This document shows, piece by piece, positions 1-11,214 of a stretch of DNA of 40,570 bases. A model generated the notes under the pieces. It was not told where the DNA came from. It ran no database searches and saw nothing but the letters and a program-made list of their open reading frames with translations. This DNA comes from Trichoplax adhaerens (lineage: Eukaryota > Animalia > Placozoa), in NCBI RefSeq assembly GCF_000150275.1, contig NW_002060999.1, positions 1 to 40,570 on the forward strand, written 5' to 3'. Every line of letters begins with the position of its first letter. The first letter of the stretch is position 1. Made by a program: the position numbers and the translations under genes.

Positions 1-6
1 TATCCT

Positions 7-445
7 TGTCACGAAGCTTGAACAGGCGTAGTGACAATACAGAAAGGTGGAGTTACTGATAAGGTTATAGGTAAAAATAGATCTGTAAATCATATATTAG
101 GATATGGTTAATTCATTGTACTTTGGCTGAGGTGAATAATGTCTACGTAAATACTGTAGTCGTATCCATATTGGATTAATGACGGTCCGCAGTAGAATAC
201 TGTGTTACTAAGAATAATTTAACTATGTGTAAAATAAGGTAAAAGGTTGCCATGCGGATTGTAGCTGCGAATGCTACGAAAAGTATAAAAGAATGCATTT
301 TTAGATTATTTTGTTAGTTCATTCTAGAAGTCCTTGGTAGTAGTATTCGGCTAGAGTAGAGCTGTGTGTAGTTAATCTTTGTATAAGATTCAATAAACCC
401 CTTATTTTTCTAAAATTTGGAATTTAGTGATTGGTATATATCACA
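7..445 (+). mobile_element. Solo-LTR-like element, family B, copy 1 (5' boundary uncertain)
   Basis: About 25-445 is the reverse complement of 26975-~27390. It ends ...ATATCACA and has TATAAAA at ~284 and AATAAA at 392. TGTCAC is present at 7, but the flanks (ATCCT / GTAAT) are not a TSD, so the true start may lie before the window. Confidence 0.75.
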
Positions 446-704
446 GTAATTAAGGTAGAAAAATTTGTCGATTATATGTTACTGGCAACGAAATCCAGTA
501 TAGCGGGGCTTTTCTGCATAAAATGTTTGATACTAATTTCTGATAGTAACACAAACAAATCTAAATTTTGATTCTAGGAAAGAGCATAGCATTTCCCTTC
601 TATCTCCGTTTGATAGTAATAGTACCACAAAAAATTGGCTTTTACTATGTGTGTATAGGCTAATTGATGTTATTTAATTTCGTTTTGATTATTATATCTA
701 CTGG

Positions 705-1334
705 TGTTACAGTGTTAAATACTGTATTACAGTAGAAATAACTATGTTAGGATAATTCTGTTAGACTATCCTTATTTAGTTAACTTCTAATTTGGATATA
801 CTGTGTTTTAATATAGCACTGACTTTTTATGACAGTGACACTTATACAAATACTGAAATTAATAGTTATAATAGGGAATGCAAATCATCTGCTTACAGTT
901 CCAATCATTGTGATTGTAATTTACTTATGGTAGATTGTAAATTATCATGGAAATGTTCCGTGATAGGACATATCATAATCTGACTATTCTGTATTAGTCA
1001 TTACATGTCTATGTTCGTAAATACTGTTGTCTGCATTAAGGGAGCAGTAGCTATAATTAATATCTAATTCAGTAAATAATTCCAATGTTAATTGTATTAA
1101 CTATGACTCATGAACTATTGAGAAGTAGTATATAAATGCAGTATATCGTGAAATAAAGAGAATTCTCCAACTTAGTGTTTAACGTAAAATACGAGGCGTT
1201 TAAGTCTTTGGGTAGTCTGCTAGTAGAGCAAAAGTGTTCGTGATAGTGCAGATATCGTTCCTTGATATGTGGTTCAAGGAATTGACTTATTGATCGTATA
1301 TTACGTTATCTTGTTGCAAAGCTGTTTTGTGACA
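705..1334 (+). mobile_element. Solo-LTR-like element, family A, copy 1 (630 bp)
   Basis: Ends TGTTAC...GTGACA with a perfect 5-bp TSD ACTGG (700-704 / 1335-1339). TATAAA at 1131, AATAAA at 1152. Several other copies occur in the window. Confidence 0.92.
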
Positions 1335-1576
1335 ACTGGTTAGTAAGATCACCTTACAACGCTTATATCTCTTCTTAATCTTATATTATACTGTATAGCT
1401 TTTACAGATCACGATCTATTTTGTGGTGGTAAATTTATTGGACAGAGTAGTATATAGTATTCTATTGCTGGTTAAGTTGATTATATTTTAAAGACTACTT
1501 TTAACCAACAAAAAATTACAATTCGCTTTATCAAGTAAATATCGTTGCTAAATGTTCACATCATGCACTTGATTAC

Positions 1577-1715
1577 TGTCACGGACTACTTTCTGACAAG
1601 TTTAATAGTCTAACGTAATACACTTTGAGTTGCTTCTACAGATTACTACCCTAATCTGCCGAAAGATCTAGTAAGAATATAGTATTGCTGCTATAACGTA
1701 TAAGAACTATCTTTC
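1577..1715. mobile_element. Possible LTR terminus running into an assembly gap
   Basis: Starts TGTCACGG like the other LTR ends and abuts the N gap at 1716. The other end and TSD are not visible. Confidence 0.3.
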
Positions 1716-4700
1716 NNNNNNNNNNNNNNNNNNNNNNNNNNNNNNNNNNNNNNNNNNNNNNNNNNAGATTTTTTAATCAAGTAATTATATTTATTTTTAT
1801 AGTCTATAATCGTCGCTAAATTTTTCGTTATCATTCATTTTCAGTTCTTAACACCTCATTCAAGTAAGGTCAATACATAATATGCTCTAAATAGGTATAC
1901 TAATAATCAGCAAAATTATTTTAATTATTACTTCAAATATTATCAACTTTTCGTACGTGGTCAATGCATCATCATATTGTAGAATTTCTCAAAACTAGAA
2001 CTGAAGTATTGCTATTATTCTTTTTCTTATTGAAAGCGTTAACTGAATTATTTATGAATCAATTATTTAAGAAAATGTCTGTATATAAGAGATTGCTTTC
2101 AATAAAGCGTTGCTGTGCTACTGTATAGGAAGAACTTAAAGCTCCATCTGCCTTAGGTATAGTTTCTAAATTTCATCAGGAAAATATTTGTAAGATAAGA
2201 AAGTTGTAATGATACCATATCAGTAAGGAAACAAAAATTAGATGATAGTTCTAATTAGTAATAAGCTACTAGATAAATTAACTAGGTTGACTATTTACGG
2301 AGGGTTAAAAATATATTTTTGTGTGACTACTGCAGTCTAGACAACTTGTCTTAAAGATCTAGTTTGAATATTGATTTATCATTGATGAGGCCAATGACCA
2401 GGTATCGAAAATATTACGATAAGATGTCGAAGGTCAACGATAATATTACAGCCGCATATTGACATTCGCTATTTGGGATATTAACAGCACTATTGATTAA
2501 GACTATTATTTTGTGATTTTGCTAATATGTGAACCATTTTCCATTAGATTGCTATAAAAAATGGACTACATGTATTACTGTTTTGATCAATGTCCTTTAC
2601 GTTCACACTTCCTGCTGTTAAAGGAAAGGAGGCTAATAGATAGAATAAAGTTGAAAATGACCTTATTTTATAGATGCTATATGAGTATGAGAGCAATATT
2701 ACAAATTCAGAGGGACTAAAAATTTATGTTATATTGGAAATAATGTGTTAATATGTTTGTATGCAGTTACAGTAACAAATTATCGTGAGCAGTTTATTAT
2801 ATATGAATCAGTGGATTAAAACTAAGTCAGGAGATGGCGGCTGTTATCTCGATTCTTATTTTATTCCATTACTAAATATAACCTAAAAACATGTAGTACA
2901 TACTATTCTATTATAACAATAACTCCTAAATTGGACGGTAGATTCCCGTATATAGACGTTGGAAACTAGTTTAGCTGATATTTTTATCTACTGAGGTGTT
3001 ATAAACCTGATTGAGAAGCTTGTGTGCATATTTTAAATGTTCTAGATTAAAATCTTATACTAAATGTGTTAGATAACCAGCAAGAATTATCGTGGATGTT
3101 TCCCCTGTTAAATCTGTATTTAACAGGATTATTATAGAGTTTAAGAACTCCTAACTGGAAAATTTTGAGTGAGTTATCATCTATAAATGGTTATACTGTA
3201 GCAAACGAAGCTTTAAGCAGTTAAACCAGCTATATTATTAAAATATCTATTGAAACATTTGCTCTCGGCTATGAAATAAGATTTGTAACTTCGTTGTAAG
3301 TTGAAGTCTTTATTTGTTGTCAAAGTCAGTCGACTAGAGATCTGACTACACAAGATATTTTCTAGCGCGTTTCATCGCCTAACGGCACCATGGTATAAGC
3401 TAATTTCGATTAGTTTTTAGTGGCAGTGAATGACTTAAAATTACATTCTCAACCTATGTTGCTAATCTCTGCAAATTTAGGCCGGTAACACATGCATACT
3501 TATTTCGGAAAAAAATCTTGGCATTAACTTCATCTTAATTGCTGGTAAATGTTTCATATCATGAAGGTACCTGTAAAGTTCCAGATACTGTGTTTTCTAA
3601 CGTACATATCAACTAATAGGGTTTCAAGGCTTGTTTATTCATACAATTTCTTAAATTTAAATCTTTATCTTATCTTGTCTATATAGAACGTAACATGATG
3701 CACTAAAATAATAAAAACTATCCCAGAAACTGAATTTGTACGAACTGAAATTGATTATATTGTAATGGCTTTTAGCTAAAATGAGTGCCAAACTTTCAGC
3801 ATCTACGTGTACAAACCTACATGTCATAATAATTACTAAAGAAAAAGAAAACTACTTCTGGAATATCATGATATCAAATATTAGAAATTATAATAGAACA
3901 ATTCCCATCCGGTATTTAAAGGTCTTCTCGAATACCGTCTTGAAAGGAAAAGTAATTTCTTTTAGTATTTATTGTTCATGGTGATTCAAATGTACAGAAT
4001 TAAACTAATTCTTCGCACACTAAATTGTGTAGGATAAGACAACAGATTAATTATTAATTAAGCAAATGAGCAAGGCGATATTATGATTAAATATCGATGG
4101 GCAACGGCAATACTGTTGCATTATGCAGTTTCTAATGTAAAAAGTCTCAGATGAATGCTATTATGTTCGGATTACTTTCTTTTGATTTGGCCAGAAAACT
4201 GTCTAATAGTTGTCAACATTTAGCGAAGATTTATAACTGGATACATGAGGTATCCTTTAGCAACATTAATTGCAGAAAAAAGGTGTCAAGTCAGTAAATA
4301 TGCTGAAATATTTTCCTGTTACAAATCTTCCAGCTAATTATATAATCTCTGAAATTTAATATGTTTTTCTTTAGTTGCACGATATACTGTCCTGTATTTA
4401 TAGGAGATGTATATATAAAAATGCAGCAGTATATCCAGGTCGTTGAAATTACACTACTTTTGTAGACTAGTTGAATAAATGCATGTGCACAACATGTGAA
4501 TTTTACTCAATGTTGAGAAACGAAATTCGGTTTATATCAGTTAAATATTATTTTATGTCTTTATCGTTAGTATAGAAATTGATTTGTTGGATAAACATGT
4601 GATCATATTTTTTGAAAATTAAAAAGATAAAATCGCTAGGACTAGTTCAATTTATTTTACAACAGAGTCAAGAAAGAGAATAAATTACAAACTTTCAATG

Positions 4701-6279
4701 TGGCTTTTTGAAATGCAATTACTTAAAGATGTAACTTCAATTTACTATATTTTTATACAAATGCCTCAGTTTGCTATATTATTGCTATCGTTCAAATGTA
4801 AAAAAATTTAATCAAGTGCTTAACTTTAAGAAAAATGGTAATTTTTAATGGCTGATTCAGGCAGCCTAAAGTACATGTATATTTCATTTTTACAATTTTC
4901 ACGTATGAAGAATGCTTAATCAAGCCTAATTAAGATACATTTGTTTCTTTATTCAATTATTATCTTCCAGAATTGATTAATACATTAATCATAAATAATT
5001 ATTACCTATTGATCCGTTTCCGTACATCGTTTATATACATCTTTCAAACATTACCACTACTTAATACTAAGCAATACGGCATAGGACCTTATACGGCTTC
5101 TATTTAGCACTAGTGTAATTTATGCTATACTTTACGCTGCTGCAATGCTTTTGAAATATTATTAGATGTTAATAGAAAACTTTAACTTAATTGTATTCAA
5201 TTCAAACAATGTAAGGTATTTTATGAAATCAGCTGAAATCAATACAGGTTGCACTTGTACGAAAAAAGTCTAGAGGCAATGACGCCCTGTTCTTTGCGGA
5301 ACTGTAAATTTTATACTGTGAGTTTATTGAATACTAACTGAAGATGATTAAATGAATTTTCATTCAAGATGACATGCTGTAAAGAAATTATCGTACAAAA
5401 TAATTGTCTTAATAAATATAGAACTAAGAAAAGGCTTTTGCTATGGAGTTTAAGAATAGTAGAGCCATGGCTAATTAGAGCAGGAATCTAATTTAAAGTA
5501 TCCTGCGCTCCAAAGAGTGAAAATAACTCCAAGTTCATCTCTACAGCTTTTAAATGTATTTCGTTTAATCTATTTAGAGTAAAATATTTGCTTATAATCG
5601 GGGCTGACTCATCAACGGAAGACTTTTCTTCAAATAGATCATCGATGAGTTTTAAAGTACAAATAAGGCTGCTTGAAATATGATTACTACTTTATTAATG
5701 TTCAAAACTGTAAGCTGCTAAGCATATTTAAGAAAGCAGTGCATCAGGTCACGTGGATCTATTTATCATACCTAGCTAACCGGCTAATATTTGTAATCCA
5801 CAATTTATGGTTTAGTAATTACCAATCATCGAATATTAGTATCAAGATAATATTTATTCTTGAAAACCTAACTATATTTACTATAGCTCTTAATGTAGTT
5901 AAATTAATAGGGTACCTCACTATATATGCCAAAGCCGCAATTTATTACATTCATGATCCAGTTTATTGCATCACTATAGCAACGCCGTCAAAATCATTAA
6001 TAATATTAAATAAAATGGAAGCAGACAATGATATTATTTTTGCTAGCTATTTGCCTCAAGAACTTATTGTTTAAATTTATTGTTTAATTTGATAAATTTT
6101 TAAAAGTATTTGCAAATTCTGAACTGGTTGTATGAAGACCCATTGAACTTACGAACGAGCCATCATTTTAGTACAGGTTTTTTTCAATTCATTTCTATAA
6201 CATATCCTTAATTATTCAAATGTATTAATCTAAAATTTGAAATCGCTTCTATCATGATCAAGAAATAAAGTTTCCAGCT

Positions 6280-7329
6280 ATGAATAACTCTTCTTATCTT
6301 AATGAAAGTCACCATATTCTTCATAACGTAGAATATGAGTTTTATATTCCTATTTTATTCTCAATTTGTATACTTTCTGTATTCGGTAATGTTCTAAACT
6401 TGACCGTTATTTCTCGCAGACCGAGCCTGCGAGATACTAAAAACATCTTACTAATTTCGTTAAATATCATAGATTTATGTATTGGAGGTATTGCTTTGCC
6501 TTGTTTAATAATCACATCATTACACCAATATGGATACTCACTATGCCAAGCTTCAGGTTTTATCATTACCTACTTTAATGGTGTATCATTACTAATGTCA
6601 GCTGCTATTACGATTGATAGATGCATCGCCATCGTGAATCCTTATATATATTTAGCAAATTTAAGCATATGGCGATACACTTTTCTCATCATTTGTGCTT
6701 ATGTAATATCTATACCTCTGGCAGTTTTGCCATTATTGCCGTTATCCAGTTATGGCTTTGGCAGATATCGATTGCGAAATTTATGTTGGTTGCCATTATC
6801 GGCAAACTGGGAAAACTACATTATCCTGGTATCTTTAGCAATTGGTACTGATGCAGTTATTATCACAATTTTTTGTTGCTATTTGATTATTTTCTATGTG
6901 GCTTATAATAAATCAAACTCTCAAATTAACGGGTTAGGAAGTATTAAAAAATCAGTTAGGACTACCTTTTTGATCGTTGGAACGAATGTTTTGTGTTGGT
7001 TGCCTCTTGCAGCTACTACTACGACCACCACTTTTATGCTTATTATTTATGATAGGCAATGTGAAGTTAATAGGTATATGGAGGTGATCATACTTATGCT
7101 AGCTTACTGTAATGCAGCTATGAATCCTTACATTTATGCTATGACAAACGAAATATTAAAAAATGAGTATAAGTCATTAATCATGTCCGTTATGGGAAAG
7201 ATAGCCAATATTTGCCGTCATCGAAGTCGTACTAACCATTTGACTAGGAAAGAAAGTTTTAATCTAATAGTTTCGCACATAGACGTAATTCTTCGACTGG
7301 ATAACATACGAAGCGAAGGTAAGTTTTAA
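6280..7329 (+). CDS. Class A (rhodopsin-like) 7TM GPCR, intact, 349 aa (paralog 1)
   Basis: N-terminal NNS sequon; TM1 GN; TM2 D (IIDL); C3.25 (LCQASGF); DRC at the end of TM3; ECL2 LCW; TM6 CWLP; TM7 NPYIY. Single uninterrupted ORF. Confidence 0.95.
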   Translation: MNNSSYLNESHHILHNVEYEFYIPILFSICILSVFGNVLNLTVISRRPSLRDTKNILLISLNIIDLCIGGIALPCLIITSLHQYGYSLCQASGFIITYFNGVSLLMSAAITIDRCIAIVNPYIYLANLSIWRYTFLIICAYVISIPLAVLPLLPLSSYGFGRYRLRNLCWLPLSANWENYIILVSLAIGTDAVIITIFCCYLIIFYVAYNKSNSQINGLGSIKKSVRTTFLIVGTNVLCWLPLAATTTTTTFMLIIYDRQCEVNRYMEVIILMLAYCNAAMNPYIYAMTNEILKNEYKSLIMSVMGKIANICRHRSRTNHLTRKESFNLIVSHIDVILRLDNIRSEGKF

Positions 7330-10300
7330 TTACTGTGTGTAGCTAAATAAATCTAATATTTGCAATACTACAGTAGGTGGTAACATTGCTACCTAGTGGT
7401 CCAGCATGCAACTAATTTCATTAGATTAAATTACAATTCATTACAAAATCTATATTGTCTTTGAAGTAAGAAATTTGGCAATTTTTGAAAATGCAGTTAA
7501 TAAAATATTTATTGTGATTTTCGAATTATAGAGAATCTGATTCTGTATAAACATTATATACTTTGGTTAAAGCAATTACATTTTAAGTGTATATCGTAAT
7601 TTATTATCGATGGCAATTTCATATTCAAGTAGTAATTACACCGTACACACCATATTGCAAACAAAGTTGGTTAAGTATTTTTATTCTGAATGTGCATATT
7701 GAAGATACTTAAAGTAAGTGCCTCAGTTGATATTATAATTATCTGAAAGTACCACGTTTATTAGTGATTGGATATGTTTATAAATTTAATTGTTCAAGCT
7801 TGCTACGAATGAAGCTTTACAAGACGTAAATTTCAATGTAAATTATATTAAGTCATTACAATTTCGATTTATATCTGGGAAGATGTGTTGATGTAATAAA
7901 GCCTTTACTTGTTATTAGTATTTATTTCTACGTTTGTCATGTAATAAAAGATTTAATGACCAAAACTTCTCTGCCATTTCAAATCTTGTTATTACGATCA
8001 TATGTGTTGTAAACATGAATTGCAATACAAAAGTATTTAAGCAGTATTTTTGGTTGCTCTATTTATGGCTGATGTTCATTAAACATAATTTGGTTAGTTA
8101 GCATGGTAAAATATAGCCGCAAGTTTCAAAAGATAGTTTTGGTCTTTAATTTTTTTAATTTGCCATTAATATGGTGATACGTTCATTTACAGCTTTTATA
8201 TGTCGAAGAATAACTTTTAAGAAAATATTACAGTCATTATTAACAGTACGGGAGTTTGAATATTGTCATGAATTTTAGATTAATAGTTTAATAAACAACA
8301 ATATGCCACTAAAATTTTCTTTGATTCGCAAGCAAAATTTGATATTGTATTATATGTCAAATTAGTAATTAAATGATGACCGCATCTCAGGATAATATGC
8401 TATACACGTAGTAAAATATTTTACACCGTAAGCAAGCATTTGAGGTTGCACGCCTTAGGTATTCGCATTGCTTGGAATAACATCGCGTGCACGAATCTCA
8501 TTGATATTATTCACTATATTTTTTGGTTTCTTTACCTATTTTCTTGATTATAGCCATCGATCATTAGTTGTACCCCATTAGTAAAACAAAGCATGTGGAT
8601 TTCAGACATTTACCATTATTCTTATCCCTTTGTAGTAAAAGTTACTATTGAAAGCTAATATGTAACAATATTATCAAAAAATGAACATGCGCCGTAAAAG
8701 GAGAAATTTGAATGCATGGCACCAACTGTGATCAACAATGAAATAGTATTCAACTGCTAGTTAAAAATTACCGCAGCATGAGCAGAATTGCTTCTAATAG
8801 TAGCATACTACAAAGTGATATAGCCAAAAAATGGTATATAAATCGTAGATTTTATTGTAAACAGTTAGACAGTTGTAGGCTAAAGGTAGATACCTTAGTT
8901 CCTAGTATTGTTAGACGAATCAAGCTTGAGTGCAATAGCAAAATTTTTATGACTCTTTATCTCGTACATATATAAGTCTTACGATCAATTTTTTAGAAGG
9001 CCTTTTCTTTGTTTTATACGCTCACGCCTTTCTAGTAATACTAGAAAAGTAATGAATTGGGCGCCTTTTCGAAATGATCTCACCTAAAGGATAAGCTTTA
9101 TCGCTATATTATTATTAAATCTACTAATGAAATTAGTAGATGTGATGTGGACAGGCGGGCATCAGTGTTAGAACTTATTTATGAATTAAAATGCGTTGAT
9201 GAACAAAATTGGATAAATTCAGCTTGATGAAAAATTATGTAACCAGTTGAAGTTTATTACGAAAATTCAAAATATTAAGCCAGTAATGACATGTCAAGAA
9301 ATTTTATTTAGCTTATCACTTAAGTATTGACGACTCTTTCTTATAAATTCCGGTAAATTTGCTGTACCATAATCCTAAATGACGTGTTTTGCGCTTTAAA
9401 TTTATTGTACTAGCTAAGATGAATGCCTACTATTTAAGGTTTCAATGAAAAAATTCGCAGTTGTTATAAGTTGTACTTAATATATGATTTACTCCCACAA
9501 TGTATAGTTTGATTAAAGAGCATCAATTTTTATAGATCCATATTCAAAGTTTATAATAGTGAATCACATTATTAAAGAAAATTGCACTCCTAACTAGACG
9601 TTAAAGATGTAACATCGAGAGAGATTAAGTTGAAGTTAAAATTAAGCACTTAATAGATTAGCTTTCGGGCTAGGCGATGAAAAATTTATTACCTTGATCT
9701 ATGAAGTAGAAATATGTGTATAGCTGCTGACTTTGCTCTATTTAGAGTAATATTAAGACATAGCTTGTAACATACGATGATATATTTATAAGATAAACTT
9801 TAAATGTTACTGTTATAATTCGAAATTTGTATCGCAGGAAAGAGTTAAACTAAAGCAGAAACTACTTACGAAAAATCTACTGTCAGGTTTATCTTTCATG
9901 ACTTTAACCTACACTATGGCTCCAACATTAATTTTCAATTTATAGATAATATTATAAAGTTATACAGTTCTCTGTTAAAATATGTAAAACGTCATAGATA
10001 ACAGTATATAAATATATATAGAATCTATGTTACGGTAGCTTCGCAATAGTTACTCCGTAGCAGTTACTTTGCTGAATTAATGCAACATTAGAGGTTTTTA
10101 ATTATATTAATTATGTCATCAAGCTCAGTTAGAGCCAAAAAAGAGACATCAAAATCTGTTTCATTTCTTTGCCTCTATGCAGTATTTTTAAGATGCCTGT
10201 AGGCAATTTATAAGATTGTCTTCCATGTAGAGATATTACTAACGCTGTAGCGTTTGCATTAAGCAGATCGATTTCAATTAAGGGCAAAAGACAATAAAAA

Positions 10301-10665
10301 AATATTTAATTTTTTAACGTAAAAGAAAAATTATAGCAATTGTGCATTAATGTATAGCAATTATAAGGCCATTGAGTTATTAGGCATTAAGAAAGCTGAG
10401 ATTGGGCTGGTTAGAATGTATTAAGCATAAAAATTATTTAATTATAATTTAAAAAAAGGCAAAGTACAGGTAAGAAAATGCCCAGGTTCGATTCGTAATA
10501 GTAAACTAATAAGAGATTTTCCATTCATTTCCAGAAAAATTGTAAAGAATAAATACTAAGTACGGTATCCTATTCTGCACGAATTCAATTCCGCTATTTT
10601 TAATGCAATTACGTAGTAGTCGTATTATTGCAGGGTAGGGTTAGAAAATTATGACAGCTACCTGT

Positions 10666-11214
10666 TGTCACAATTTGACTTCTGCAACAAGGTAACGTAC
10701 AGTAAAAGTCTATAAGTAGCTACTGACTTAAATGCCCTTTTACTTGACGTTAAACACACACAGCAAAATACCGTAAAGATGAAACTTTTATTAGCAAAGA
10801 TACATCTACAATTTTTTACCACCCCACTCAACTCAAATGGTCCCGTTTATATAGGAACCGTCTAATTCGTAAACAACAGTATTATTATTATACCTTACTA
10901 GGAGGAACAATTCGAACTGAGACGCTCCTTACATAGCTTTTCTATCTGTAAATAGTTTGAATCTCTTACTCATACTTAATCATAATCTAAGCTCGTAGGT
11001 TGTCTAATTCAACTATCACCAACTAGCACTTGAATTATCTTACTGCTATCTATCACACAATAACAATTAATATCGAATATTTGACGAACTATCACAAACA
11101 ACATTCATGTTAAGGCTTTACTTATCTTACCTAGCACTACAAATATGGATATTCTCCATACTAGCTATTACTGTACTTATTAAATTATCCTAATGGCAAG
11201 GCAACACCGTAAGA
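10666..11214 (-). mobile_element. Solo-LTR-like element, family E (549 bp)
   Basis: TGTCAC...CCGTAAGA (degenerate GTAACA) with a perfect TSD CCTGT (10661-10665 / 11215-11219). TATATAAA then AATAAA on the minus strand. Its 3' end resembles family A. Confidence 0.8.

Noticed and set aside
792-983. Repeated 63-aa ORF (MDILCFNIAL...; also 27984-28175 and 13892-14566)
   Set aside because: TTG-initiated and internal to family A LTRs. Its recurrence is explained by the repeat, it has no recognisable domain, and it is deleted in the 36305 copy.
2700-3350. Degenerate LTR-like tract (AATTGGACGGT...TATATAGACG resembles the family E TATA region)
   Set aside because: No convincing termini or TSD could be assigned.
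5673-6074. 133-aa hydrophobic ORF upstream of GPCR 1
   Set aside because: TTG start, composition typical of AT-rich non-coding DNA, no motif and no counterpart before other paralogs.
6342-6851. Overlapping or antisense ORFs within GPCR genes (also 21221-21430, 37162-37362, 40359-40544)
   Set aside because: Shadow frames of the GPCR coding sequence.
10028-10062. TGTTACGGTAGC...CCGTAGCA LTR-start-like hairpin
   Set aside because: No matching 3' end or TSD found.
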